Source of the DNA: Bdellovibrionota bacterium
GTDB lineage: Bacteria; Bdellovibrionota_G; JALEGL01; DATDPG01
DNA length: 64,000 nucleotides
Reading direction: 5' to 3'
Assembly: GCA_963668355.1 (NCBI GenBank)
Contig: OY764265.1
Coordinates: forward strand, 2,816,001 to 2,880,000
In this document: positions 17,962 to 28,632 of the stretch, piece by piece
Layout: every line of letters begins with the position of its first letter
How positions within the stretch are numbered: the first letter of the stretch is position 1
Notes under the pieces: model-generated
Seen by the model: the letters and a program-made list of their open reading frames with translations, nothing else
What the model was told of the DNA's origin: nothing
Databases searched by the model: none
Position numbers and translations under genes: made by a program

Positions 17962-19084
17962 AAGAAGAGCCTTTTTGAAGGAGGTAGGCGCGAATGAAGT
18001 CGTCTAGATCGCCATCCAACACGGCTTGGACATTGCCCATCTCGAAATCCGTCCGATGGTCCTTGATCATCTGATACGGCTGTAAGACATAGGAACGAAT
18101 TTGACTCCCAAAATTGATGTTTTTCTTCTCCCCCGCAAGTTTGTCACGCTCCTTCTCACGCTCCTCCAACTCGCGCTCATACATTCGCGCTTTGAGAATT
18201 TTCATGGCCTGGGCTTTGTTTTTGTGCTGCGAGCGCTCGTTTTGACAGGTCACGACGATGCCGGTCGGCATATGCGTCAATCTCACCGCGGAATCCGTCT
18301 TATTGACATGCTGGCCTCCTGCCCCGGAGGCGCGATACGTGTCCACCCGAAGATCTTCATCGCGGATTTCAATATCAATATCGTCATCGACTTGAGGCAA
18401 AACCATGACCGACGCAAACGAGGTGTGTCTTCGCTTATTGGAATCAAATGGAGAAATTCTCACCAGGCGATGAATGCCCGCCTCGGACCGCAAGTACCCA
18501 TAAGCATAGGAGCCGTGAATCATCACCGTCACGTTTTTCATGCCGGCTTCTTCCCCAGGGAGCGAGTCCACAATTTCCGTTTTATAATCTTTGGTTTCGG
18601 CCCACCGTAAAAACATACGTAACAGCATTTGCACCCAGTCCTGGGCTTCGGTTCCCCCAGCACCCGAATTGATTTGAAGAATGGCCGAAGAGCCGTCCAA
18701 TTCTCCCCCCAACATTCTCCTAAACTCCAAGGCCTCAATGGATTTCTCAGCCCGAGTCACTTTCTCATTTACTTCCTTTTGAATCTCCTCATCCCCTTCT
18801 TCCGCCATCGGTGCAAACTCCTCGGCATCTGAAAGATCCGACTTCAAAGATTCAAACGTAGAAATGACATCCATGTTTCGACTTCGAATCTGTTGAACCT
18901 CCGCTGCTTTTTTGGGGTCATCCCAAAACTCCGACGAGGAGGCCTTCTCATCCAACTCTTCGACTTCTTTTCGAAGTTTATCGAGATCAAATGCAGCCGA
19001 AAGTTCTTCGACCTTTTTCAGCAATTTTGCGATCAATTCCAGCACGAAACGGAAATTACCACGAGGGGAATCGATTTCAAACAT
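17960..19084 (-). CDS. prfB: Peptide chain release factor 2, continuous ORF without +1 frameshift
   Basis: SPF tripeptide (RISPFD), GGQ motif, GGTEAQDW. Start could be the ATG at 19084 or the GTG at 19045. Confidence 0.96.
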   Translation of the reverse strand: MFEIDSPRGNFRFVLELIAKLLKKVEELSAAFDLDKLRKEVEELDEKASSSEFWDDPKKAAEVQQIRSRNMDVISTFESLKSDLSDAEEFAPMAEEGDEEIQKEVNEKVTRAEKSIEALEFRRMLGGELDGSSAILQINSGAGGTEAQDWVQMLLRMFLRWAETKDYKTEIVDSLPGEEAGMKNVTVMIHGSYAYGYLRSEAGIHRLVRISPFDSNKRRHTSFASVMVLPQVDDDIDIEIRDEDLRVDTYRASGAGGQHVNKTDSAVRLTHMPTGIVVTCQNERSQHKNKAQAMKILKARMYERELEEREKERDKLAGEKKNINFGSQIRSYVLQPYQMIKDHRTDFEMGNVQAVLDGDLDDFIRAYLLQKGSS

Positions 19085-19086
19085 TG

Positions 19087-19111
19087 TCAAAAGTGAACGT
19101 TTCACTTTTGA
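19087..19111. promoter_or_regulatory. Perfect 11-bp inverted repeat between divergent prfB and PBP1A
   Basis: TCAAAAGTGAA-CGT-TTCACTTTTGA. Confidence 0.55.
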
Positions 19112-19128
19112 GAGTTATACTGGGGCTC

Positions 19129-21111
19129 ATGCATCGCTGGGAGTGGACCAAGAATCACCTCTTTTCCATCGGAACCGTCCTTTTATTGGGAGGTGCCGCA
19201 GGAATCCTCATTGGTTTTTCGGCCATTCTCTTCACGAACCTTCCTCAAGTCGAACGTCTAGAACACTATAAACCGGCCGGAGCCACCCAACTTTTGGACA
19301 TTCACGGGAAAGTCATACACGAGTTCTTTCACGAACGTCGCCATCCCATTCCCCTGCATCTGATTCCCGAGAGAACTCAAAAAGCCTTTTTAGCTGCGGA
19401 AGACTGGCGTTTTTACGAACACTTCGGCCTAGACATCAAAGGATTGTTTCGAGCCATCGTGAAAAACATTCTGAGCGGGCGATATGCTGAAGGCGCCAGC
19501 ACCATCACACAGCAATTGACCAAAGTACTTTTTCTCACGCCCGAAAAAACGTTGGCGCGCAAACTAAAAGAAGCCTTCCTCGCACTTCAAATTGAACGCC
19601 GCTACAGCAAAAAAGAAATCCTCTCCCTTTATCTGAATCAAATTTATTTCGGCGCAGGTGCCTATGGAATTGAAGCCGCCGCTCAAACCTATTTTGGGCA
19701 TGGCGTCCAAAACCTGCACCCTTCTGAAGTTGCACTCTTAGCCGGCCTTCCCAAGGCCCCCCATCGATATTCTCCCTTTCACTTTCCGGAACGCTCCCTC
19801 AAGCGTCGAAACGTAATTCTAAAAGCCATGTACGAACGACGCCTGATCTCCGAAAGCGAATGGCGACAAGCGCAGGGAGAACCCCTACCCGATCCAGAAC
19901 GTCAATCTCGTCGTGCGCAGAGTTATTTTGCGGCTCATGTCCTCAAAACGCTCTCCGAGCATTTTGATGAAGACATGATTTACCGAGGAAATCTCACCGT
20001 AAAAACCACCTTGGATCTAAATCTACAAAAAGCGGCTGAAAAAGCGGTTAGCTTGGGATTGGAACTTTATCGCAAGCGACATCCCAAAAAATCCCCCGAT
20101 TCACTTCCACAAGCCGCTCTCTTGGCCATTGACCCGGTTACAGGTGAAATCCGAGCCATGGTGGGGGGAGATTCCTACGCCAAAACCCAATACAACCGAA
20201 CGACCCAGGCCTTACGTCAACCGGGATCCGCGTTCAAACCCATTTTGTACGCGGCAGCCATCGAGAGGGGCTATACGCAGTCCACCATGCTCTTGGACGA
20301 AAAAATTTCTTTTCACAATTCTCAATCGGGCGTTTGGGAGCCTGAAAACTACGAAGACGAATATGAAGGACTCATCCCCATGCGCCGTGCTTTGGAAAAA
20401 TCCAAGAATCTTGCCTCCATTCGTCTTCTTCAAGATCTTGGCGTCTCCACGCTCACACAAATGGCCAGTCGCCTGGGAATTGAATCTCCCATTGCAGCCA
20501 ATTTAACTTCCGCCCTTGGAAGTTCATCCATCCACATGACGGAGTTGGCCAGGGCTTATGCAACCTTCGCCCACGGAGGCATTCGCCCCAATCTTCGTTC
20601 CATTCGGCATGTTTTTTCGCCCAACGGAAATGAACGATGGGCGCCCCCCATTCCCAGCCAATTGGTCGTCCCTCCAACCGTAGCGTTCATCATGACGGAC
20701 ATGTTGAACGGCGTGGTTCGTTTTGGAACCGGCCAATTTGCCAAAAATCTATCCTGTGAGGTCGCAGGAAAAACGGGAACAACGGATGAGTATATTGATG
20801 CCTGGTTTGCAGGATACAGCCCGAAGTTGGTCACCGTGGCATGGATGGGGAACGACGACCGCACCTCCTTAGGATATGCCGAAAGCGGCGCCCGCGCTGC
20901 CGGGCCCATTTGGAAAGCATTCATGGAAAAGGCCTGCGAAAATCGAGAACTGGAATTTCCTCCCCCACCTCCTGGAATCGAATGGGTCAACATCGATCGA
21001 ACCACGGGAAAACTCCCCGGCCCGTTCTCGCTCGACATCATTTCTCAGGCCTATATCAAAGGCTCAAGACCCAGCGAAATATCTGAAGAAAAAGAATTCC
21101 CTGTAAATTAG
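19129..21111 (+). CDS. Class A penicillin-binding protein (PBP1A family)
   Basis: N-terminal TM, transglycosylase EDWRFYEHFG and GASTITQQL, transpeptidase SAFK, SKN and KTGT. Confidence 0.95.
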   Translation: MHRWEWTKNHLFSIGTVLLLGGAAGILIGFSAILFTNLPQVERLEHYKPAGATQLLDIHGKVIHEFFHERRHPIPLHLIPERTQKAFLAAEDWRFYEHFGLDIKGLFRAIVKNILSGRYAEGASTITQQLTKVLFLTPEKTLARKLKEAFLALQIERRYSKKEILSLYLNQIYFGAGAYGIEAAAQTYFGHGVQNLHPSEVALLAGLPKAPHRYSPFHFPERSLKRRNVILKAMYERRLISESEWRQAQGEPLPDPERQSRRAQSYFAAHVLKTLSEHFDEDMIYRGNLTVKTTLDLNLQKAAEKAVSLGLELYRKRHPKKSPDSLPQAALLAIDPVTGEIRAMVGGDSYAKTQYNRTTQALRQPGSAFKPILYAAAIERGYTQSTMLLDEKISFHNSQSGVWEPENYEDEYEGLIPMRRALEKSKNLASIRLLQDLGVSTLTQMASRLGIESPIAANLTSALGSSSIHMTELARAYATFAHGGIRPNLRSIRHVFSPNGNERWAPPIPSQLVVPPTVAFIMTDMLNGVVRFGTGQFAKNLSCEVAGKTGTTDEYIDAWFAGYSPKLVTVAWMGNDDRTSLGYAESGARAAGPIWKAFMEKACENRELEFPPPPPGIEWVNIDRTTGKLPGPFSLDIISQAYIKGSRPSEISEEKEFPVN

Positions 21112-21144
21112 TGAAGGGTTCGTTTAAAAACTCCTGCTTTACTC

Positions 21145-23316
21145 ATGCGTTCATTAGACCACTTAAACCCAGAACAACTATCCGCCGTTGAGTATTCGGA
21201 TGGACACCTCCTCGTGGTGGCTGGAGCCGGATCTGGCAAAACGCGGGTCCTAACCCATAAAATTGTCTATTTGGTTGAGTCCTGCAACGTGTTTCCGGGA
21301 TCCATTGTCGCCATGACCTTTTCCAATAAGGCGGCGCAAGAGATGAAAGAGCGAATCGCGCATCTCCTCCCCCGGTACGAGCAGCCTCACTGGATTGGAA
21401 CTTTTCACTCCATTTGTTTGAGAATTCTCAAAGAGTTTCATGAAGAAGTTGGGTTAAGGGAAAATTTTTCAATTTATGATGAACAAGACCAGCTGTCTTT
21501 GCTCAAACGAATCCTCAAAGCTCAGAATTTGGATCCGAAGGAGTATCCTCCCAAAGTCATTCGATACCACATCGATCGGGCAAAAAATGAAACACCTCAT
21601 GTCTTGGATCTATTGAAAAAAGAAGAAATCCTTGGAGAAAAGGCATTGGAAATTGCCGCTCTTTACCAAAAGGGATTGCAACAAAACAGTGCCGTCGACT
21701 TTGGAGACCTTCTGGGAAAAACTCTTCTTCTATTGCAACGAAACGAAGAAGTTCGAGAGAGCCTCCAAAAAAGATGGAATCGTTTTTTAATTGATGAATA
21801 TCAAGACACCAACCGCATTCAAAAAGAGCTCATCCTCCAACTCGTTGGCCCTTCCGGCATCGTCTGTGCGGTCGGCGATGAAGACCAATCCATTTATGGT
21901 TGGCGCGGCGCCTGCGTAGAGAACATCTTGGAATTTCAAGATGATTTTCCCGGTGCCCAAGTACTGAAATTGGAACGGAATTACCGCTCCACCAAAAAGA
22001 TTCTTTCCGTAGCCAACTCCGTGATCTGTCACAATATTGGACGACGGGCCAAGGAGCTTTGGACCGAAAACCAAGATGGAGAAATGGTTTCGTTTTACCA
22101 GGCTGAGAACGACTATGCCGAAGCTGAGTATGTCTTTGACCAGGCCCTCGCCCAAATCAATCGGGGAGAAGTCCAACCCGGCGAAGTGTCTGTTTTCTAT
22201 CGCACTCACGTACAGTCCAGAGTTTTGGAAGAAGATCTTCGAAGAAGAAATGTGCCTTATCGAATTTTTGGAGGCATCCGATTTTATGACCGCGCGGAAG
22301 TAAAGGACCTTCTCGCGTTCCTACGCTTGGCCGTCAACCCTTCGGACAATATTTCACTGGTTCGAATCATCAACACGCCTTCACGTGGGGTTGGGGCAAA
22401 AACCATCAGCAATCTTGCCCAACGCTCGGCCGATCTAAATTGTTCGATGTTTGAAGCCATCCCTTTTCATCCTGGAAAAACAAAAGGAGATCGAGCTTTA
22501 CATGATTTCCATGCTTGGTTCTCTGTATTGGCTTCGGATGCGGCTCAGAAACCTGCAGTCGAAGTGGCTGAAAGCATCATGGAAGAAAGCGGTTACATCA
22601 AGGCCTTGGAAAAAGAGGGAACCGTTGAAGCTGAAAGCCGCGTTGAACATATTCAAGAAGTGATGCGTTCCATGGAGGAATTTGAAGAGCAGGGAGTTCA
22701 CACGCTTCCCGAGTATCTGGATCGCATTTCGCTCGTTGCGGATACGGACAGCTACGACTCTGCCGAGCAAGCCATCACGTTGATGACGATTCACAACGCC
22801 AAAGGGCTTGAATTTGATTCCGTGTTCGTTGTGGGATTGGAGGAAGGCATCTTTCCTCATCAACGATCCATCGATGAAGGCACCACCGAAGAAATCGAAG
22901 AAGAACGGCGCCTTTGCTATGTCGCCATGACGCGCGCTCGAAAAAGGCTAACCCTAACGGCAGCCCAACGACGAAGGCTCTATCAATCCATTCAATACAA
23001 TCCGATTTCCAGATTCATTGATGAAATCCCCTCCAGGAATCTTCTCAATTTGACGCCTCAGGACGACTCTTGGGAGGCCCCGCGGAAGACCTTCAAAAAG
23101 AGACAAGAATATGATGAATTCGCTCAAGACGTGTACGATGATGATGAGAGTCTTTACGCACCCGGTACGCGTGTGATTCACCCCAGTCTTGGGATGGGTA
23201 CCGTTCGAAAATGTGAAGGGGATTCTGACAACTTGAAAGTAACCATACAATTCAAACAGGGCGGCACGAAAAAGATCCTCTTAAATTACTGTGATTTGGA
23301 AAGGGTGGATGGATGA
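21145..23316 (+). CDS. pcrA: ATP-dependent DNA helicase PcrA/UvrD
   Basis: AGAGSGKT, DEYQDTN, VGDEDQSIYGWRGA, TIHNAKGLEF, EERRLCYVAMTRA and a C-terminal Tudor-like domain. Confidence 0.95.
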   Translation: MRSLDHLNPEQLSAVEYSDGHLLVVAGAGSGKTRVLTHKIVYLVESCNVFPGSIVAMTFSNKAAQEMKERIAHLLPRYEQPHWIGTFHSICLRILKEFHEEVGLRENFSIYDEQDQLSLLKRILKAQNLDPKEYPPKVIRYHIDRAKNETPHVLDLLKKEEILGEKALEIAALYQKGLQQNSAVDFGDLLGKTLLLLQRNEEVRESLQKRWNRFLIDEYQDTNRIQKELILQLVGPSGIVCAVGDEDQSIYGWRGACVENILEFQDDFPGAQVLKLERNYRSTKKILSVANSVICHNIGRRAKELWTENQDGEMVSFYQAENDYAEAEYVFDQALAQINRGEVQPGEVSVFYRTHVQSRVLEEDLRRRNVPYRIFGGIRFYDRAEVKDLLAFLRLAVNPSDNISLVRIINTPSRGVGAKTISNLAQRSADLNCSMFEAIPFHPGKTKGDRALHDFHAWFSVLASDAAQKPAVEVAESIMEESGYIKALEKEGTVEAESRVEHIQEVMRSMEEFEEQGVHTLPEYLDRISLVADTDSYDSAEQAITLMTIHNAKGLEFDSVFVVGLEEGIFPHQRSIDEGTTEEIEEERRLCYVAMTRARKRLTLTAAQRRRLYQSIQYNPISRFIDEIPSRNLLNLTPQDDSWEAPRKTFKKRQEYDEFAQDVYDDDESLYAPGTRVIHPSLGMGTVRKCEGDSDNLKVTIQFKQGGTKKILLNYCDLERVDG

Positions 23317-23915
23317 CCGAAACCATCATCTGCTCCAATTGTGGCCACGCCTTCTCGCCTCCGGGAGGCATTCCCGATATCGAATGTCCCGAATGCGGGA
23401 CGCTCCAGATCTTGGCCGAAGAGGCTCCCACACAGGCACAATCTCCCCTGGACCGGCCCATTGAACGCAATCACTCCAGCCTAGAGGCACAGCCAAAAAT
23501 CAGAACCCAAGAAAGAACGCCTCCCGAAGCCAAAGTGAGTGAACAAAAAGCAGTTTCTGAACGAGCCTCTTCCATACCTCGCACCCCTCCACCGCAGACG
23601 CTTTCTCACGCGGGGGTCAAGCGCGGTGTCCGGACTTCACACTTTCGGCGTGTGTTTAACACGATGGGGCCTGTAATCCTCGTCTGCCTCTTGTTTTTTG
23701 GATGGGTCGCGTATGACAAGATCATCCGCGTCGACTCTCAAATGCAAGCCCAAAAACTTGCTGAGCAATCCATCCACAGTTACCGAAAAGGAAATCTTCA
23801 AGAGGCGAAGCAATTCTTAGATCACGCAAAAACGCTCAGCCCCCGACTGCCGCTCGTTCTTTCTTTGGAGCAATTGTACGAAGAATTGGAAAAACGGACG
23901 TCAAACTCGCCCTAG
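23313..23915 (+). CDS. Hypothetical membrane protein: zinc ribbon, Pro-rich linker, one TM, TPR-like tail
   Basis: CSNCG...CPECG, hydrophobic GPVILVCLLFFGWVAY; ATGA overlap with pcrA. Confidence 0.7.
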   Translation: MTETIICSNCGHAFSPPGGIPDIECPECGTLQILAEEAPTQAQSPLDRPIERNHSSLEAQPKIRTQERTPPEAKVSEQKAVSERASSIPRTPPPQTLSHAGVKRGVRTSHFRRVFNTMGPVILVCLLFFGWVAYDKIIRVDSQMQAQKLAEQSIHSYRKGNLQEAKQFLDHAKTLSPRLPLVLSLEQLYEELEKRTSNSP

Positions 23916-23919
23916 AAAA

Positions 23920-26544
23920 TCATCTTCCGTGACATTTCTTGTATTTTTTTCCTGAACCACAGGGACAGGGATCGTTTCTTCCCACTTTTTCCGCTTGCCT
24001 CCGAACGGTTCCTCCCGCAGGCTGAACATTCGCTCCCGGCATGGGATTTCCACCATCCGCTCCCGGTTGCGCCTGAGGTCGAGCTCCGGGCATGGGGCCC
24101 CGACTTTCGGAGTACTGAGCCATTGGGCGTGGTTTTCGAAATAATTGTTTCTCCGCTTCAGATTCATCGTCCGTAGCAAGCCGAATATGAAAGAAACGCT
24201 CCAACGCAGCCTCTTTGGTGGCATAGACCATCTCAGAAAACATTTCGAAACCCTTTTTCTGGTACACAACGAGGGGATCTTTCTGAGCATACCCTTCAAA
24301 ACCCACTCCCTCTTTGAGGTGATCCATGTTCAAGAGATGATCCTTCCAAAGCGTATCAATCGTCCGCAGTTTCACTTCTCGTTCGATCTTTCGTGACAGT
24401 TCGGGCGTAAATTCATTTTCCTTTTCCCGATAGCGATCCCGTGCTGCCCCGTGCAAGATTTCCTGAACCTTTCCCATGTCTTTCTGGTCGACCTTGGAAG
24501 GATCTATCGGACATTGCATATCAAAAATTTTCAAGAGCATTTCCCGAATGGAATCCCACTCCCATTCGACCACGGGTTTTCCCGGAATGGCAAAGGCCAG
24601 CATGAGTTCTTCAACAACTTCTTCAATGTCTTGCTCAATGACTTCTTTAATATCCCCTTTACCCAACACTTCTTTTCGAAGCGCATAAATGACTTTGCGC
24701 TGCTTATTCATCACATCGTCATATTTGAGCAGATGTTTTCGAATATCGAAGTTGTGTCCTTCTACCCTGCGTTGAGCCCCCTCAATCGCTCGACTGGTCA
24801 TCTTATGTTCAATGGCTTCGCCTTCTTCCATTCCCAAGCGATCCATCAGGGACTTGACCCGATCCCCACCAAAAACGCGCATCAAATCATCTTCCAAGGA
24901 CAGATAAAATTGGGATTCCCCAGGATCTCCTTGGCGTCCACAACGACCTCTCAGCTGATTGTCGATTCGCCGAGATTCGTGGCGCTCGGTCCCCAAGATG
25001 AATAAACCGCCCACATCCGGAACCCCTTCTCCCAATACGATATCCGTACCTCGGCCCGCCATATTTGTCGCAATGGTGACTTGGCCAGGTTGACCGGCAT
25101 CCTTGACGATTTCGGCTTCTCTCTCGTGGTGTTTCGCATTCAACACATTGTGTTTGACGCCATTGCGCTTGAGATACTTGGATAATACTTCCGATTTCTC
25201 AATCGAGATCGTTCCCACCAGAACGGGTTGGTTCTTTTCATGCAACTCACGAATATGTTCGGTTATGGCTTGAAATTTTTCACGTTCCGTTCGGTAAATG
25301 ACGTCGGCATGGTCTTTTCGAATCATGGGTTTGTTCGTGGGGATGACCATGACATCCAAATTATAAATTTTCTTAAACTCTTCGGCTTCCGTATCGGCTG
25401 TACCGGTCATTCCAGCCAACTTATCGAACATGCGAAAATAATTTTGAAACGTGATCGAGGCCAGCGTTTGGTTTTCGTTCTCAATTTTCACATTCTCTTT
25501 GGCTTCAATGGCTTGATGTAAACCATCGGACCAACGTCTGCCAGGCATGAGACGCCCGGTAAACTCGTCCACGATCACGATCTCACCATCTTTGATCATG
25601 TAATCCACGTCCCTGCGATAGAGGTGATGCGCACGTAAGCCTTGATTCACGTGATGCACCACTTCCATATTGGCGGGATCGTATAGATTTTGAATCCCCA
25701 TGGCTTTTTCTACGGCCTCAATGCCATCCTCATTGAGCAAAGCAGATTTGGCTTTTTCATCGATCGTAAAATGTTTCTCCTTCTTAAGAATCGGAATGAT
25801 GCGATTGATCGCATAATACTTCTCTGTCGACTCTTCCGTGGGACCAGAAATGATCAAAGGAGTACGTGCTTCGTCCACCAAAATGGAGTCCACTTCGTCG
25901 ACAATGGAGAAAAAGAGGTCCCGCTGAACATAGTTTTCCAACGAGTACTTCATATTGTCCCGAAGGTAATCAAAGCCGAATTCATTGTTTTGCCCATAGG
26001 TGACGTCACAGTTATAGGCAGCTTTTCGCTCCTCATCATCCATGCCATGGACAACGACGCCCACCGTCAATCCCAAGAAGCGATAAATCTCTCCCATCCA
26101 TTTGGCATCACGTTGGGCCAAATAGTCGTTGACCGTGACGACATGAACACCTCTTCCCAACAATGCGTTTAGGTATACCGGCAAGGTCGCGACCAGCGTT
26201 TTTCCTTCTCCGGTTCTCATTTCGGCAATGGTTCCTCGATGTAAGACGATTCCGCCAATCAATTGCACATCAAAATGTCGCATGCCCACCGTACGACGCC
26301 CAGCTTCCCGAACAACGGCAAAGGCCTCCGGAAGAATCTGATCCAACAAGACTTTTTGTTGATCTAAATCTTTTTCGGCAAAGAGAAGGGAACGAAACTC
26401 CTTTGTCTTCCCACGCAACGCTTCATCCGAGAGCTTTCGAATGGATGGTTCAAAAGCATTGATCTCATCCACGATGGGTTGGAGTTTTTTGATCTCTCGT
26501 TCGTTTTTTGTGCCAAATATTTTCTTAAGTACGTACGTGAACAT
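23920..26544 (-). CDS. secA: Protein translocase subunit SecA
   Basis: [39 protein letters not shown]-terminal SEC-C motif [18 protein letters not shown]. Confidence 0.98.
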   Translation of the reverse strand: MFTYVLKKIFGTKNEREIKKLQPIVDEINAFEPSIRKLSDEALRGKTKEFRSLLFAEKDLDQQKVLLDQILPEAFAVVREAGRRTVGMRHFDVQLIGGIVLHRGTIAEMRTGEGKTLVATLPVYLNALLGRGVHVVTVNDYLAQRDAKWMGEIYRFLGLTVGVVVHGMDDEERKAAYNCDVTYGQNNEFGFDYLRDNMKYSLENYVQRDLFFSIVDEVDSILVDEARTPLIISGPTEESTEKYYAINRIIPILKKEKHFTIDEKAKSALLNEDGIEAVEKAMGIQNLYDPANMEVVHHVNQGLRAHHLYRRDVDYMIKDGEIVIVDEFTGRLMPGRRWSDGLHQAIEAKENVKIENENQTLASITFQNYFRMFDKLAGMTGTADTEAEEFKKIYNLDVMVIPTNKPMIRKDHADVIYRTEREKFQAITEHIRELHEKNQPVLVGTISIEKSEVLSKYLKRNGVKHNVLNAKHHEREAEIVKDAGQPGQVTIATNMAGRGTDIVLGEGVPDVGGLFILGTERHESRRIDNQLRGRCGRQGDPGESQFYLSLEDDLMRVFGGDRVKSLMDRLGMEEGEAIEHKMTSRAIEGAQRRVEGHNFDIRKHLLKYDDVMNKQRKVIYALRKEVLGKGDIKEVIEQDIEEVVEELMLAFAIPGKPVVEWEWDSIREMLLKIFDMQCPIDPSKVDQKDMGKVQEILHGAARDRYREKENEFTPELSRKIEREVKLRTIDTLWKDHLLNMDHLKEGVGFEGYAQKDPLVVYQKKGFEMFSEMVYATKEAALERFFHIRLATDDESEAEKQLFRKPRPMAQYSESRGPMPGARPQAQPGADGGNPMPGANVQPAGGTVRRQAEKVGRNDPCPCGSGKKYKKCHGR

Positions 26545-26670
26545 TCTGCAACTTCGACTTCTTTCCTAAATGCAAATCTTACCACTCTGGTGAATAAATC
26601 GAAGATAATCACATATTTGAAACAAGCAAGTGTCCTGAGAATAAGAATTGATGGTCAGGAACGAATCGGA

Positions 26671-27612
26671 CTAATTGAGAATGTACCGCATGGGGTTTAC
26701 CGGGATCCCGTTGATTCGAACCTCATAGTGCAAATGAGGTCCGGTGGACCTTCCCGTGTTTCCCATTTTCGCAATGGGGTCTCCACGCTTTACCTTCTGC
26801 CCGACCTTGACCAAATGCTCGGAGTTATGGGCGAATCGCGTAACGATTCCATATCCGTGATTCAAAACCAGAACTTTTCCATACCCTCTTTCCGTGTCCT
26901 GGTGGGTCACCACGCCATCTGCTGGGGCATAGATCTTCGTTCCAATGGGACCTGCTACATCAATCCCCTCATGCAACCGACGTAAACCCGTAAAAGGCGA
27001 AATTCGATATCCGAAGCGAGATGTTAACCACCCGCGTGTGGGCCAAATGGAGGGGGTCGAAGCCAACACCGTCTTTTGATCTTTCAGAATTTCATAAACC
27101 TCTTGAAGAGACTGCTCCTGCAAACCCGCTCTTCGGTGCAGATCATCCACCGAAAGCTCCATGGATCTCATTCGATAGGAAAACTCCGGAGAGAGTTCCC
27201 CCGGCCCCACAGAAGCCAACAAGGTTTCACCGCCATTTTTTTGATCCATCATGTCCTGATCTTCTTCGGAGATGGGACCAATGCCTCCCGTCGATTGAGT
27301 ATCGACCCTGGCCAGAACGCGCAGTTTTTCCTCAAAGTTTTGAATTCGAACCAAGGTGGCCTTGGCCGTGGCAATTTCATTTCGAAGCGATTGAAGTTTT
27401 CCTTCCAAGTACTGATTCTTCAAAAGGGCCTCTTCAAACTCGCCCCGATGAGCCAGATACCTGAGAGATGTGATCGTGGTGACGGAACCAATCAGCAACA
27501 AGAATAAAACCGAAGCCGCAACCCACAACACGGCTCGTTTGGAAATGAGCCATTTCTTAACCCGAGAACTTCTCTCGGGAATGAACATGAATGTGTAATA
27601 TCGATTCGCCAA
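26671..27612 (-). CDS. M23 family metallopeptidase with TM and coiled coil
   Basis: HEGID, GRSTGPHLHYEV, TPSIWPTRG. Confidence 0.92.
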   Translation of the reverse strand: MANRYYTFMFIPERSSRVKKWLISKRAVLWVAASVLFLLLIGSVTTITSLRYLAHRGEFEEALLKNQYLEGKLQSLRNEIATAKATLVRIQNFEEKLRVLARVDTQSTGGIGPISEEDQDMMDQKNGGETLLASVGPGELSPEFSYRMRSMELSVDDLHRRAGLQEQSLQEVYEILKDQKTVLASTPSIWPTRGWLTSRFGYRISPFTGLRRLHEGIDVAGPIGTKIYAPADGVVTHQDTERGYGKVLVLNHGYGIVTRFAHNSEHLVKVGQKVKRGDPIAKMGNTGRSTGPHLHYEVRINGIPVNPMRYILN

Positions 27613-27790
27613 ATTAATCGCTCAGCTTCAATTCAAAAATTATGGGCTTCAGCCCACTATATTACCATGGGAAAGCCCCTTCAATCTATGACAAGACCTT
27701 CAAATCCTTCTGATCTAATCCTAAATTAACAAAGACTCCCGTCAATGAAATTAGACACTTCGGTTTCCCCTCGCCTTGAATCCCGAGAAG

Positions 27791-28567
27791 CTAGGCCTCA
27801 ATAACGCGGAGCAGTATCAGGGTAATGTTATCATCTCCCCCACTTTCGTTGGCATGGTCCACCAACATTCTCGCGGCTTGTTCCGTCTCGTTCTGACTCA
27901 CAATTTCCCGAATTTCCTCATCATCCAGCATATTGGTGAGTCCATCCGAGCAAATCAGATAGGAATCTCCCGTCTCAACCTTCCAAACCACGGTATCCAC
28001 TTCCACATCCTCTTGAACCCCGACGGAACGCGTAATGATGTTTTTCAATTGGTGGGTTCGCGCTTCTTCTTCCGTAATGAGACCGCTTTTCAATTGTTCA
28101 TGAACCAGGGAGTGGTCCTCTGTAATCTGAGTGATGTTTCCTTCTCGCACACAGTAGGCCCGACTATCTCCCACATGAGCGATATAGCTCTTGCCTTCAC
28201 CGAAAAGCATGACGGTCGCGGTCGTTCCCATTCCTCTAAGCTCAGGCTCTTCCGTTGCCCTTCGAACAATCATGGAGCCCGCTCGATTAATGGCATCCTT
28301 TAAACGATTTTGGGGTGGGCCATCTCCTTCGGGAGCCTCGGAATCCAAATAGGTGTTTTCGGGAACACCCGAGTTGGCTCGATCTTCCCCTTTCAGAATT
28401 TCTTCGACGGTGGAAACGGCGATTCGACTGGCGAACTCACCTCCGGCATGCCCCCCCATACCGTCCGCCACCACGTAAAGACGTAACTTGTCATTCACGA
28501 GGTAGCTATCTTCATTTCGTTGGCGCTTCCGCCCAATATCCGTAATCCCACAAGATAATATTTTCAT
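27791..28567 (-). CDS. PP2C/Stp1-type Ser/Thr protein phosphatase
   Basis: RQRNED, VADGMGGH, GMGTT, HVGDSRAY, CSDGL, GGDDNIT. Confidence 0.93.
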   Translation of the reverse strand: MKILSCGITDIGRKRQRNEDSYLVNDKLRLYVVADGMGGHAGGEFASRIAVSTVEEILKGEDRANSGVPENTYLDSEAPEGDGPPQNRLKDAINRAGSMIVRRATEEPELRGMGTTATVMLFGEGKSYIAHVGDSRAYCVREGNITQITEDHSLVHEQLKSGLITEEEARTHQLKNIITRSVGVQEDVEVDTVVWKVETGDSYLICSDGLTNMLDDEEIREIVSQNETEQAARMLVDHANESGGDDNITLILLRVIEA

Positions 28568-28632
28568 TTCTTTCTTTCGCCATTCCCTCAAATGGAGAGA
28601 AAAGTCAACGATATCCAACATCTATCCGGGCG

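Noticed and set aside
24020..24100. PMPGA peptide duplication in SecA
   Set aside because: It lies in the variable linker before the SEC-C motif, where low-complexity insertions are common.
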